Part shown: positions 12,686-24,298 of the stretch, in pieces
Layout of the letters: each line of letters starts with the position of its first letter
How positions within the stretch are numbered: position 1 is the stretch's first letter
Source: Negaprion brevirostris
Lineage: Eukaryota
NCBI GenBank assembly: GCA_030324005.1
Contig: JARDVH010000097.1
Coordinates: 63,049,852 to 63,113,851 of the forward strand
Direction of reading: 5' to 3'
Length of the DNA stretch: 64,000 bases
The notes under the pieces: model-generated
The model's database searches: none
What the model saw: the letters and a program-made list of their open reading frames with translations, nothing else
What the model was told of the DNA's origin: nothing
Position numbers and translations under genes: made by a program

Positions 12686-13316
12686 TAATTCTTCAAGATT
12701 GTGATGTTTGTTTCCACACTTACGAATTGAGATATAGCCAGAGCATCTCCAGCAATAGCTTCGTTGAATTCTCCAATTTTCAGATAATAAACCACATATC
12801 CATATTAGTATCTTAATATAATAGTCAGCAGGTACAGTAAGATGTATCATTACTGTACAGTAAGATACAGTAATGATGTACAATTACTACTTGCATGTTC
12901 AAAGGGCTGTTAGGTCCACTTGTTTCTCATCTATGTGCTGCCTTTCAGTGACATAATCTGCAGTGTGGAATCTACTACTGCCTGTGTGGCATCTTCTTTC
13001 TCTGCTGTCTGTCTTCACCCTCTCTCTGCATTTGTGGTTTTGGGCTTCTTATCCTGCAGTTTACTACAGTTAAGTTTGGAATAACTGAAGCCAATGCCTT
13101 TTGCCTGTTGAGGTGACCAGCCCTGCTGATTCAACAACCCCACTTTCCCCAAACACTGTTTCAGCTGTTGGAGCAGAATTGTTGAAAGCAAGTAAAACAG
13201 CTCGCAATGTTAAGATTTTTGTCCTATTGTAACCTTGTGGATGTGCTATTATCGTTTCAGAAATTCCAATTTGAGATGTTTCACCATTTTATTTGAATTT
13301 TGTTTTCTCTATACAG

Positions 13317-13478
13317 GGAAGTGGATTAGATTCATACTATGACCAGAAAGAATACATTGGGCGTAGTGTCTACTACTGGAGGAAAGTTCAACCCTTGCTG
13401 CAGAGCATCAGAAAGAAAAGGAGCATTCCTGAGCCTATTAATCCTTTGTTTAGACACTTCCGTAGCAAGGATATTAAG
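13317..13478 (+). CDS. RANBP2: RANBP2 exon (~exon 13), GSGLDSYYDQKEY...SKDIK
   Basis: atacag| acceptor, aag|gtacta donor, 162 nt. Confidence 0.95.
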
Positions 13479-15369
13479 GTACTAATATGGGCATATAGTT
13501 TTTCAGCTGAAAATTGGAGACTTCAATAATTATGCATTCATTTGATAAGGTATATAGAACATAGAACACTACAGCACAAACAGGCCCTTCGGCCCACGAG
13601 TTGTACCGATCACATCAACACCTACCAACNNNNNNNNNNNNNNNNNNNNNNNNNNNNNNNNNNNNNNNNNNNNNNNNNNNNNNNNNNNNNNNNNNNNNNN
13701 NNNNNNNNNNNNNNNNNNNNNNNNNNNNNCAATGTGTTCAGTCACATTATCGAAGAACTCAACTAGGCTTGTAAGGCACGACCTGCCCTTGACAAATCCA
13801 TGCTGATATGTATATGTTGCTCATAGTTAATCACATTTCTGTCACTTGCTATTTTTAGTTGTGGTAATTGCCAGTTATAACTAGGCTGCCTATTTGTCCC
13901 ATCAACAGATAGCAAGGGGAATGGAAGCAATCTTGAAGCTCACTAATACGGTAAATCAGAAATAGGTGCTGAATAGCTCCCAATTATAAAGCCAGCTATT
14001 AAAATTAGTTGAAACTTTTTAAACTTATGGCTGCCAGCTTGGGTGCTAAATTAAACTGAGCACTTGCCATTGGATGCAATTATAAAACTAGAGTTTAGAA
14101 CAAAATGGTTACATTTCTGCATTTGAAAGGTCTGGTAGTTTCTAAATGAGACGATGGTGGCATGATGGTTAGCATTGTTGTCTTTCAGTGCCAGGGTGGG
14201 TTGCCCTTTCAAAGTCAGTGCAGACTCGATGAGTGTCTCCATTCTGCGCTATAGGGATTCTGTGACTTTGTGCAGGTTCCTAGACACTGTTAGTAGAAGA
14301 GATAATTGCTTCAGCTTGCACTGTATGTATTTGCCAGAATTTTGATAGTCTGTCCCTTAGCATGCATCTGGACTTTTGTATGCATGCCCCTCCAACTCTT
14401 GTCACTGAAAATTGCTGCAGATCTAGCTACTACAGAAAACATTGAACAGCAGTTTGATTGCATAATTTATCAAAGGAAGATTGAAGTATGAAATCAATTT
14501 TGAAAACAGGTAGATACTAATATTTTCTGATCTGTCAGCAGGCGCAGTAAGACTTGAGTAGATAAATCTGAGGAGAAACCAGTGAATAAGCAAAAATTGG
14601 GGCAAACTGTGAACTGTCTTTGTTTTTTTCATTTGTTCTAAATGGCATCAGGTACACTTCTAGTTTCAGAATTCAAGAAACCAGGATTCATCAACACAAC
14701 GTACCAGTGTTCGGTTTGGAAAAAGGTTCTGACTAATGTCCTGAAATTAAGTTTATTTAAACCCTATTTTTAAAACTGGCTGTAGAAAGATGTATTTAAA
14801 AATAAGAAATACAAACAATTTAGCATTACAAAAAGATGAAACTTTTGCTTTTCCGTATTTCATGCAGTTATATTTTTCTATATCTGTAGTGGATAAGAAA
14901 CGCTTTCATAAATGAATTGCATTAATCTCTTTCCAAATAATTTCAGGGAAGGTTTTCAATCTTCCCAGTCTACTACAGTATTATACATACTGCCTTGATG
15001 AAGCTTTTCGTACTAATGAACTAAATGAAAAAAAATTCTAAGTTATACCTAGGAGAAGAAAACCCTGGGTTGTTACCCTTGAAGATGAAACAAACTAAAT
15101 TCTTTGTCAATCGCCATGAAAAAAGGCAACCTTGATAGGATTGTTGGAAGTGTTCATTTCACAAATTATTCAGCAGATCGTGCAGCTTTGTGGACGTCAG
15201 TCTTTCCACAAGTTTGTCCTTCAACTGCCCATCCAATTTTCTTTTAAAATCATTAATTGCTTCTGCTTCTACCATTCCTCAGTGGGCAACTGGTTCCAGA
15301 TCATTACCACTTACTGTATACCAAAAAATCCTCTTCCCCCAAAATCTCTTGCCCAAGACCTTATATCGG

Positions 15370-15583
15370 TTCAAAAACAGAAATTGCTGGAAAATCTCAG
15401 CAGGTCTGATGGCATCTGTGGAGAGAAAAGAGAGCCAACATTTTGAGCTGCATGAGCTGACCGCTGAACGGTCATCCAGATTTGAAACGTTAACTCCATT
15501 CTCTCTCCTCAGATGCTGCCTGACCTGCTGAGACTTTCCAGCTTTTTGTTTTAGATTCCAACATCAGCAATATTTTGCTTTTA
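15370..15583. mobile_element. Palindromic Penelope-like-derived repeat (same family as 836-1047), nested in a CR1 remnant
   Basis: ctggaaaatctcagcaggtc ... gacctgctgagactttccagc arms; gaaacgttaac motif. Confidence 0.72.
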
Positions 15584-16582
15584 CCTTAAATCAGTTTCCT
15601 TCTGGTTCTTGTGTCATCTGTTAATGGGAACAGTTTTTCCTTGTCTACCATAGAATCTTGTACATCTCTATCAAATCTCTCCTCAATCTGTTGTACTCCA
15701 GAGACTACAGTCCCAGCTTTTCCAGCTTAATTTTGTAACCAAGATCACCCATCCGTGGAATCCTTCTAGCAAATCCATCCTTACATCATTCCTAAAGCAT
15801 AGTGAACAGAACTGGACTTCATACTTTAGTTGGGGTCTACCCAGAGCTTTATAAACGTTCAGCATCACTTTTTTTTGTACTCAGTGTCACAACCATTCTC
15901 AGTATGTTCTGCCACCTTCAAACATAGATCCATATGCATCCTCCCATGTTTCTCTGTACCTGTGTGCTCTCTTTAGAACTGTGCCATTAAGTCAGCATTG
16001 CCTGTTCCTATCCCTTCTGCCAAAATACGTTACCCACAATTAGTATTGTGCTGGAGATTTTTGGAAAAGATAAAGGGAAATGGAATAAAGGGTTAGCTAG
16101 GGAATCTAATTTAAAACCAGTTAGAAATAGAATCCTGTAATCAGCCATGGTATTGAATGTAGAGCAGGTTCAACCAATTGTCTGGTATTCTGCACCTATT
16201 TCTTCTGTCCAGCTGATGTCCAGTTCTTGGAATACTGTAGGAGACCAAGAACAGATCTCACATGGTTTGGAATGGAGAGGTAACGTGCTACATGACCAGC
16301 AGCTCAGGTCGCATTTGTGAATAGATTGAGGACTGTTCTTGATCACTGATTCCGCAATTGAACACTGTGTGGAGGATCTGATGATATGAGCAGTGAGTAA
16401 AAAGTTCAAGGTTAATAAATAAGTAAACCACTCAACTTGTTGTTACAATCCTCATGGAAACCACTCACTTTGGAAAAATAAATTTGAGTTTCAAGGGACT
16501 GACAAATCGTCTGACAAGATTTCAAGCTTTACTCTAACAAACTAAAAACAACATTGACTACCCGTTATTTAGTAGGGAATTG

Positions 16583-16802
16583 GGGATTGATTTAGCTCAG
16601 TTGGCTGGACAGCTTACTAGTGATGCCAGCAGCATGTGTTCAGTTCCCTTACTGGCTGGGGTTATTTATGAAGGCCTGCCTTCTCACCCTTTACTGTTTT
16701 GCCTGAGGTTCGGTGATCCTCAGGATAAATTGTGACCAGTCTCCTTTCCTCTGAGTAAGAGCAGCCTACAGTTGTCTGGGAGGATGGTGACTTTACCTTT
16801 TT
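16583..16802 (+). mobile_element. tRNA-derived SINE of a second family
   Basis: tagctcagttgg A-box-like head, gttcagttcc B-box-like motif, ctttaccttt tail. Confidence 0.55.
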
Positions 16803-17868
16803 AATAGGCTTAATCATTAGGCTACAGAAATGATTTCCCCCCCCCCCCGTGCAGTATGACTAAACATGACAAAGTCCCATGCCATATTTTTCCTGGGGCT
16901 CAAGTGGAGATTTTATTCTCCTACAATAGCCCAAAGCTATTCCCTGGTCCTGGTGGTGTGTTTCCTTTCTCTTCTATATGGGTAGCTTCTAATCCTTCAA
17001 CTGTCTTCCACTGAGGGTATATTGGTGAGTCCTCCTTTTCTCTTGTCTAGAATCGTACAATGCAGAAGGATGCAGTTTGGCCCGCTAAGCTTGCAACGGC
17101 AACAGTCCCACCCAGGCCCTATCCTCATAAACTGTTGTCTAGGTTGAGCGAATCTCCAAGCTTCCTTTTTGCAAACTTGATCTCTTCAATCTGAGCAGCA
17201 ATTTCTACCCATGTTCTGCGTAGTTAACAATAAGTTCAGTATTGTCTCTGCCTCGCACTATCTTGTGTTTCTAGTGGGATTTAGTATTGCTTTTGTTTGC
17301 TTAATTGTATCTTGGGTTGTGGACCCATGAAGAAACATCTGGGATGTGACTTGAATACCTTCTTTTGTGTGGTGACAGTGGTATTTTAGAAATACAATAG
17401 CAATGGTAGACCTACCCCAAATCAGAGGCCATCAAAAAAGTCGTGCAACATCTATAAATTAGATCTCTGAAGCAGTATGACCAATTTAAAATTATCCCTC
17501 CTTAATTATCACTTGGGTTATAGGTTTATTATGACTTTCCAGTTCGGTTTCTGTTACATGAGCGCATTGAATTTTATCTGAGCCCTGGGATCACATTGTA
17601 TGCTTCCATTTTACAATACAAACTTAAAACCATGACTTTGGTTTTAGTGGAACATGACCAGCGATTGTATCGATGCTTCATCCACTTTGAAAAGGATGCT
17701 TTGGTTGAGCTCCAAGCTCAAACAAAAGATGAAAAGTTATACTGGAATTTTTGCAGCCTTTAATGGGAGGCAAACACACAGGAAATTGTGTAGAGCTTTT
17801 ATTTAAAAATTCAGTATGTATTAGATGCTGATTACACTGTATAACTGAGAACTATTCATTTATTTTAG

Positions 17869-18006
17869 GTCACTGAAGTTAAAGATTATGAAAAAGAAGT
17901 GGAAATTGCTTTTGCTACACTTGATGTAGTTGATGGAAAAATTGATGAGGCAATCGCTGCTTTTGAATCTATCAATAATATTGTTGCGCATTGGAACCTT
18001 GCTTTG
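17869..18006 (+). CDS. RANBP2: RANBP2 exon (~exon 14), VTEVKDYE...HWNLAL
   Basis: ttttag| acceptor, ttg|gtaagt donor, 138 nt. Confidence 0.95.
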
Positions 18007-18086
18007 GTAAGTGACTGCAGAACCTATTATATTTAAAGGCATGTCTACAAGTGCTGATGTAATTTGCAATTTACTGGTTTTGTTAG

Positions 18087-18236
18087 ATATTTCACCGGCG
18101 ATCTGAGGAATATGAAAATGGTGATGAGATGGCTTCTGATGAGCAAGAAGAATGCAAAAATTGTTTACTCAGCAGCAAAGAATACCTCCGAAAGGTCCTA
18201 AATGAAGCTGAATCTAACATTGTGGCTATTGACCGT
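18087..18236 (+). CDS. RANBP2: RANBP2 exon (~exon 15), IFHRRSEE...VAIDR
   Basis: gttag| acceptor, cgt|gtaagt donor, 150 nt; EQEECKN motif. Confidence 0.93.
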
Positions 18237-20206
18237 GTAAGTGCCCATGAATTAATAGATTGTAAAGCGGAAAATACCATTGTGAATGAATGCTATCTTT
18301 AAAAATTACATTATGTAAAAACTAATTCAACATTAGGCCAGCTCATAATTATTTCATCAAAGAAACTTCAGTAATTTAAGTGGCATTAGGTTCTTTATTA
18401 GCAATTGTCATATTTCATGCAGACTTGAGATTAATTTTCAATTCTATGAATCCTAAAAGGTTTACCCAATGAAGAGCTGAGCAGTGCAGACTGGGAAAAC
18501 TTTGAGCTTTGTGCTCTGGTCTTTATTGATGTAGAAAATATCCATCTTGGCACTATAGAGGGTGTCCAAATTTGATCTGTGTTCATGGCTTGGGGAAAGT
18601 TAGTCATAGTTCTGTTTACCTATGTTCAGCATCTATTGCAAGTACATATTGGATGAAAACACAATCTGCATGTGTGGATGGTCTACTGAATAGCCTCCAG
18701 GCGGTGTCCTCCAATCTTGTACATAAAAGTAGGCCATTTAATCGCTTGAGCCTGTTCCATCATTCAGTAAGATCATGGCTTGCACCACACTTCTTTTACC
18801 TGTTTGTCTCATATTCCTTAATTCGGTCAACAAAAATGAATCATTAATAAACAGCATTGCCATATGCAGAAGAAAATTTTTAATTTCTGACATCCTCTGT
18901 GTATCGAAGTGTTTCCTGATTGTACTTCTGAAAAATCTGCTTCCAGTTTTTTTAGCTTGTACCTGCTCTTTGACTGCCCAAACAGTGGAAAATAGTTCCT
19001 TATCTACTCTATCTTTATCCTTAATATCTTGACAATTTCAGTGAAACTTCCCATTAAATTTAATTCCATGTAGCATACTGCTAGATTTTGTAAGCGCCTC
19101 CCAACTTTACCCTTGAAATACAGCTATCATTTTGGTAACCCTAACCCTGCACTCCCTCCAAGGCCAAGATATCCTTCCTTTATTCTTATGCTGTGGACAG
19201 TAGTCTAGGTGTGAACGAACCATGCATCTGTATAGCTGAAGCATGTACTCTTAGTCTTTCAGATATAACAAAAAGATTCCATTTGTCTTTTTAGATTATT
19301 TTCCACCTGTTCATGAGATTTTTAATGTGCAACCCCACAGCAACCCAAAATGACCTATGCAGGCTGCACACAATTCTGCCTCTTAACCCTGTTTGCATAA
19401 CCACACTTAAAAATTAAAGGAGTGCCACATACTTAAGCAATGCATTCTCACAATCCAATGAAAAGAGGATATGTTACCCTCAAGGCTCTGAACAATTGTT
19501 TTTCACCATTCGGGAAATGGTGTTCAGGAACACCATTCATGTTCCAACTTCTTAAGTTCAAAGTGGATGACTTGACATTTGCCCAGTCACTTAAAACTAT
19601 ATTTAAAAAATTAATAGATTATGCTTCCATCTACACTACTAATGATGCTTTCTATCTTACTGTCATTAACTGTGACTTTCTACCCCATTATCTAAGTGAA
19701 ATACTTGAATCATGAATAGTTGAATTGCAGCTCAGGTCCTTAAACCACATCACCAATCCCATCCTTCCCATTGAAGTACTCACCAATTGTCTCTATCATG
19801 TTCTGCTCAATCAATTTCCTGACCAAGTCGATACTTTGCTTTTAGTTTCACAAGCTTCTGTTTTACTGTATACTTGGAATTTCAGCAGATGCCTTCTGAA
19901 ATGTGCATGATTAATAGTTGTTTGGCTAGATAGACACTTGGGCTTATCTTTGATAAATGGAAGAAAATATATTTATGCTTGATGTGCAGCAATACTTGAG
20001 ACATTAAACTGAGACCAAACCTTGCTGTTCAGCTGGATACTATAGCGAGAAGACTGTCTCCATGTTCCTGCCAAACAGATTAATTGACCATTATTTCAAC
20101 TACTATTCATGAGTTCGCACTGAAGTTACTTAGTGTTGGCCTGCATAAGTTACTATTCAGCAAAAGCCATTCATTTGGCTTTTCTTGGTGCACTTCATTC
20201 AAGTGC

Positions 20207-20697
20207 TACGGTAGCACAGTGGTTGGCACTGCTGCTTCACAGCTCCAGGGACCTGGGTTTGATTCTCGGCTTGGGTCACTGTCTGTGTGGAGTTTGCACA
20301 TTCTCCTCGTGCCTGCGTGGGTTTCCTCCAGGTGCTCAGGTTTCCTCCCACAGTCCAAGGATGTGCAGGTTAGGTTGATTGGCCATGCTAAATTGACCGT
20401 AGATGCATAGGTTAGAGAGGATTAGTGGGTAAAATATGTAGTGATTGGGGGTAGGGCCGAAGTGGGATTGTGGTTGGTGTAGACTTGATGGGCCNNNNNN
20501 NNNNNNNNNNNNNNNNNNNNNNNNNNNNNNNNNNNNNNNNNNNNNNNNNNNNNNNNNNNNNNNNNNNNNNNNNNNNNNNNNNNNNNNNNNNNNNAAATAT
20601 GTAGCGATATGGGGGTAGGGCCTGGGTGGGATTGTGGTCAGTGCAGACTCAATGGGCCAAATGGCCTCTTTCTACACTGTAGGGTTTCTATGATTCT
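20207..20697 (+). mobile_element. HE1/V-SINE copy with its tail repeated across an N-gap
   Basis: Head and central domain; gggcc...gggattgtggt...gcagact tail seen twice. Confidence 0.85.
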
Positions 20698-20914
20698 AAT
20701 TACTGAGAAGGAGGCGATGCACAATATTTTCCTTTCTGAATCCGTGGGTTGGGAAACAATGCTTGTGTTTTTCCTTGTGACTATTTAGAATTTGGACTAT
20801 TCTAATGCTCATCCTTGGTTTTTAGCCAGTATGTGGCTATTATGGCTTTTTGCATCTTCCCCTTATCAAACTCCTCTTGAACTAATTCTATAATGTGTTT
20901 TTTTTAAAAACAAG

Positions 20915-21124
20915 TTGCCTGTATCAATAGATACAGTGAAAGAAATGATGGAGTTGGTAAATCAACACCTTCAGGAATTTAATGGAGATGTGCTTGGCCA
21001 TGGAGAAGAAATAAATGAATGTTCCCAGACAGCTGAAAATGGCATTTCCCTGGAATCATTACAAATTAAACAGTCTACCCCATCTCCAACAAAGTTAACT
21101 CCTTCACCAACCAAGAGTTACAAG
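20915..21124 (+). CDS. RANBP2: RANBP2 exon (~exon 16), LPVSIDTVKEM...PSPTKSYK
   Basis: aag| acceptor, aag|gtaaat donor, 210 nt; STPSPTK motif. Confidence 0.92.
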
Positions 21125-21660
21125 GTAAATTTAGGATTTGCAAATTAACTTGAGTTCTACAAACGACAGCATTGTGTAGACTTCCAGTTCATACTTTTAG
21201 TGGAGAAATAACTTTTGCGTTGATACTATCCACTTCCTTTTTTCACCTCTTTCATGCCATATACATGAGCATTATGCTGTCATCAGTGATACTTCAGTTT
21301 TCATCTCGTACATGATCTTGCACCCAAAAATAAATAGTTCCACATTATTTATATTGTCAACTTTGTTGAAGCATTAAAACAAAATGTAAACTATACTTAT
21401 TAATTGTGGATGCATTGTTTTAAATTTGTAAGAAGCTAAATGATTGCACAGATATTAACATTATGGATGCTTGCAGGTTTGGTGTGAATTGAAAATAACT
21501 AAGGATTGGATGTTTCATTCAATTAGTTATGAACAGGAAGAATAGTTGGAATAGAATTTTAACCTTTAAATATCATAGTAAAAGTTCTAAGCAGTTCCAT
21601 TCTGAACTTTTCTTGAGAGATTTTATAAATTGTTGTAAAACTTAATTCATCTGTTTTCAG

Positions 21661-21744
21661 TGGTCTCCAAAAACTCCACCTCGCTGGGCTGAAGATCAGA
21701 AGCATTTGTTACAGGTGCTTTGTCAGCAAGTAGAACAGCTGAAG
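21661..21744 (+). CDS. RANBP2: RANBP2 exon (~exon 17), WSPKTPPRWAEDQ...QQVEQLK (start of the oligomerisation coiled coil)
   Basis: tttcag| acceptor, aag|gtatat donor, 84 nt. Confidence 0.95.
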
Positions 21745-21854
21745 GTATATCATCTTTGGAAATGTAAAAATTTTGTGTGTAGCTAGTAAAAAACTAGTGA
21801 AATTATGCATATTTTCCCCTTGTTTAACTTCTTTAGAAGAGGGGGCCGAAGGGT

Positions 21855-22718
21855 GGGTAGTAAATTTGCTGACGACACCAAGATTGGTGGAGTAGTGGCT
21901 GAGGTGGAGGGCTCTTGCAGGCTGCAAAGAGACAGTGGTAGGATGCAGAGCTGGGCAGAAAAGTGGCAGATGGAGCTTAACCCTGATAACTGAGGTGATT
22001 CATTTTAGTAGGACAAACTTGAATGCAGATTACAGGGTCAATGGCAGGGTTCTGAGAAATGTGGAGGAACAGAGGGATCTTGGGGTTCATATCCACAGAT
22101 CTCTGAAGGTTGCCATTCAAGTGGATAGAGCCGTGAAGAAGGCTTATAGTGTNNNNNNNNNNNNNNNNNNNNNNNNNNNNNNNNNNNNNNNNNNNNNNNN
22201 NNNNNNNNNNNNNNNNNNNNNNNNNNNNNNNNNNNNNNNNNNNNNNNNNNNNNNNNNNNNNNNNNNNNNNNNNNNNNNNNNNNNNNNNNNNNNNNNNNNN
22301 NNNNNNNNNNNNNNNNNNNNNNNNNNNNNNNNNNNNNNNNNNNNNNNNNNNNNNNNNNNNNNNNNNNNNNNNNNNNNNNNNNNNNNNNNNNNNNGGGATT
22401 GATAGAGTGGATGTGCAGAGACTATTTCCTCAAGTGGATGTAGCTTTTACTAGGGGGCATAACTATAAGGTACATGGTGGGAGATTTAGGAGGGATGTCC
22501 GAGGTAGACTCTTCACTCAGGCTGGTTGGGGTGTGGAATAGGCTGCCTGCTGTGATAGTGGAGTTGGACACTTTAGGATCTTTCAAGCGGTTATTGGATA
22601 GGCACGTGGAGCACTCCAAAATTATAGGGAGTGGGATAGCTTGATTTTGGGATTGGACATAGCTCGGCACAACATTGAGGGCCGAAGGGCCTGTACTGTG
22701 CTGTAATGTTCTATGTTT
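21855..22718 (+). mobile_element. CR1 LINE 3' part
   Basis: SKFADDTKIGG, WAEKWQME and EQRDLGV motifs; ctgtactgtgctgtaatgttctatg tail. Confidence 0.9.
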
Positions 22719-23380
22719 CAGCTCAATTGCTATTTACTCATCATTCAGCATAACTATTTGTGATTTTTACCAGTTTTACAGAGAGGATGCAGTTATAAAT
22801 AAGCTAACATAATGAATGTATACATAGTGGCAATGTGTGTGGTAATTCATACAATCTGGGCAAAGCTAAGTGGTAAATGCATAGGGAGTGTTCATAAGCA
22901 GGATAGGACAGTTCCATATATTAACTGTCCTGTCATGGCAAAATAACTTGGTGAAATTCATGACGCAATTTGTTGCAATCGGCTTGTACTAATTCAGGTA
23001 TTCTATGATGGGGAAGGCAGAAACCTCTTATTCATTGAGACCCATATAAATTCGACTGTAATATCCTGTGTAGGAATTGCATGTTCAACATGCAGTGGTT
23101 AACAAGAGTATGAACAGCATTATTTGGCTTGTATTTTGAGTGGATGCAGGTGCATGTATGTTCCCTAATAACTACTGGGTGTCATCCAGTGCTGATTTAT
23201 AAAGTGTTGGTTCCCTGCTTTTGCCTTTTGTTTTAGGAGCTGCATTTTGAATGGCTAATTTGATTAGGGCATGAATCTGCTCCTGGTCAGTGCCCATGTT
23301 GTCTTGAATTGATGCAGTAAGATAACTTGGCTTTTAAAAAAAAAATTATGATCAATTGAGATTTTTCTATATTGCTAAAG

Positions 23381-23522
23381 GACGAAGTGCGTGAACTGAA
23401 GCTAAATAATTCAAATACAACTGAATCGCCACGTCCACGATGGCACACAGACAGTTATGGTGCTGATACCCATCTGGAAAGCTACCAGGGAACTCACAGT
23501 TTTCAGGGGGCACCATTAACAG
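23381..23522 (+). CDS. RANBP2: RANBP2 exon (~exon 18), DEVRELKLN...FQGAPLT
   Basis: aaag| acceptor, g|gtaaat donor, 142 nt. Confidence 0.92.
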
Positions 23523-24118
23523 GTAAATCCAATGCTCACTGACTTCCATCTGTAAAATGTGTTGAGGGGAGAAACTATTAAGTTTTGATTCCTTGCTGTG
23601 AATAAAGTGCATTATCAATGTTACCATGCATCTAGGCCATAAAGTGCCTTTAATAACCTGGTACAATCAGGTGCAGCCGTTGTGCTGAACTGTATGCCTG
23701 AGTATTGAACAGTAAGCAATATAATTTATCTGTAAAACGACTATTTAAATTGGACATGTACTGTTCTAGTTAGTTTGGGTAACTTGAGGCATTTACTAGT
23801 TTGAATCAAGTGAATTGTTTCAATTCACAAGTTTTTGCTCACATAATTGAGTGAAGGTTTAAGGAATTAATGCTGAAGTAGAAAGTGATTTAAATTCAAA
23901 TTTTAGGGGTTGCCCAATAATGTACAGTGGGTTCTAGCTTGTTTCTGTTTAAAATAATCACCTCAGAACATTAGTTTTTGGCTCGAGCTGGTAGGTTCAA
24001 GTAAAGTTTTAAAAAACTTGTTTTTAAAAGCTTATATAAACAGTATTTTAATATTTTTGTGTATTCTGTTAATAGCCATTGAGACATTAAAGATATAAAC
24101 TAACAAATAAACTCTTAG

Positions 24119-24213
24119 TTTCTACCTCAGGACCTTCTGTGTTCTACAATCAATCACCAGCATATAACTCCCAGTATCTTCTTGGAGCAGCAAACAATGC
24201 AACTCCAACCAAG
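24119..24213 (+). CDS. RANBP2: RANBP2 exon (~exon 19), STSGPSVFYNQSPAYNSQYLL...TPTK
   Basis: cttag| acceptor, aag|gtatct donor, 95 nt. Confidence 0.93.
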
Positions 24214-24298
24214 GTATCTAACAATATAATATGACAGCAGTTGGCATATATGTATGCATTGACCATCTAATATTTGACAATTGTTTTCCTTAAAATAG

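Noticed and set aside
20400-20697. Tandem duplication of a SINE tail
   Set aside because: The two copies straddle an N-gap, so an assembly artefact cannot be excluded
24214-24298. Possible U12-type intron (donor gtatct)
   Set aside because: Does not match GTATCCTT and has no CCTTAAC branch motif
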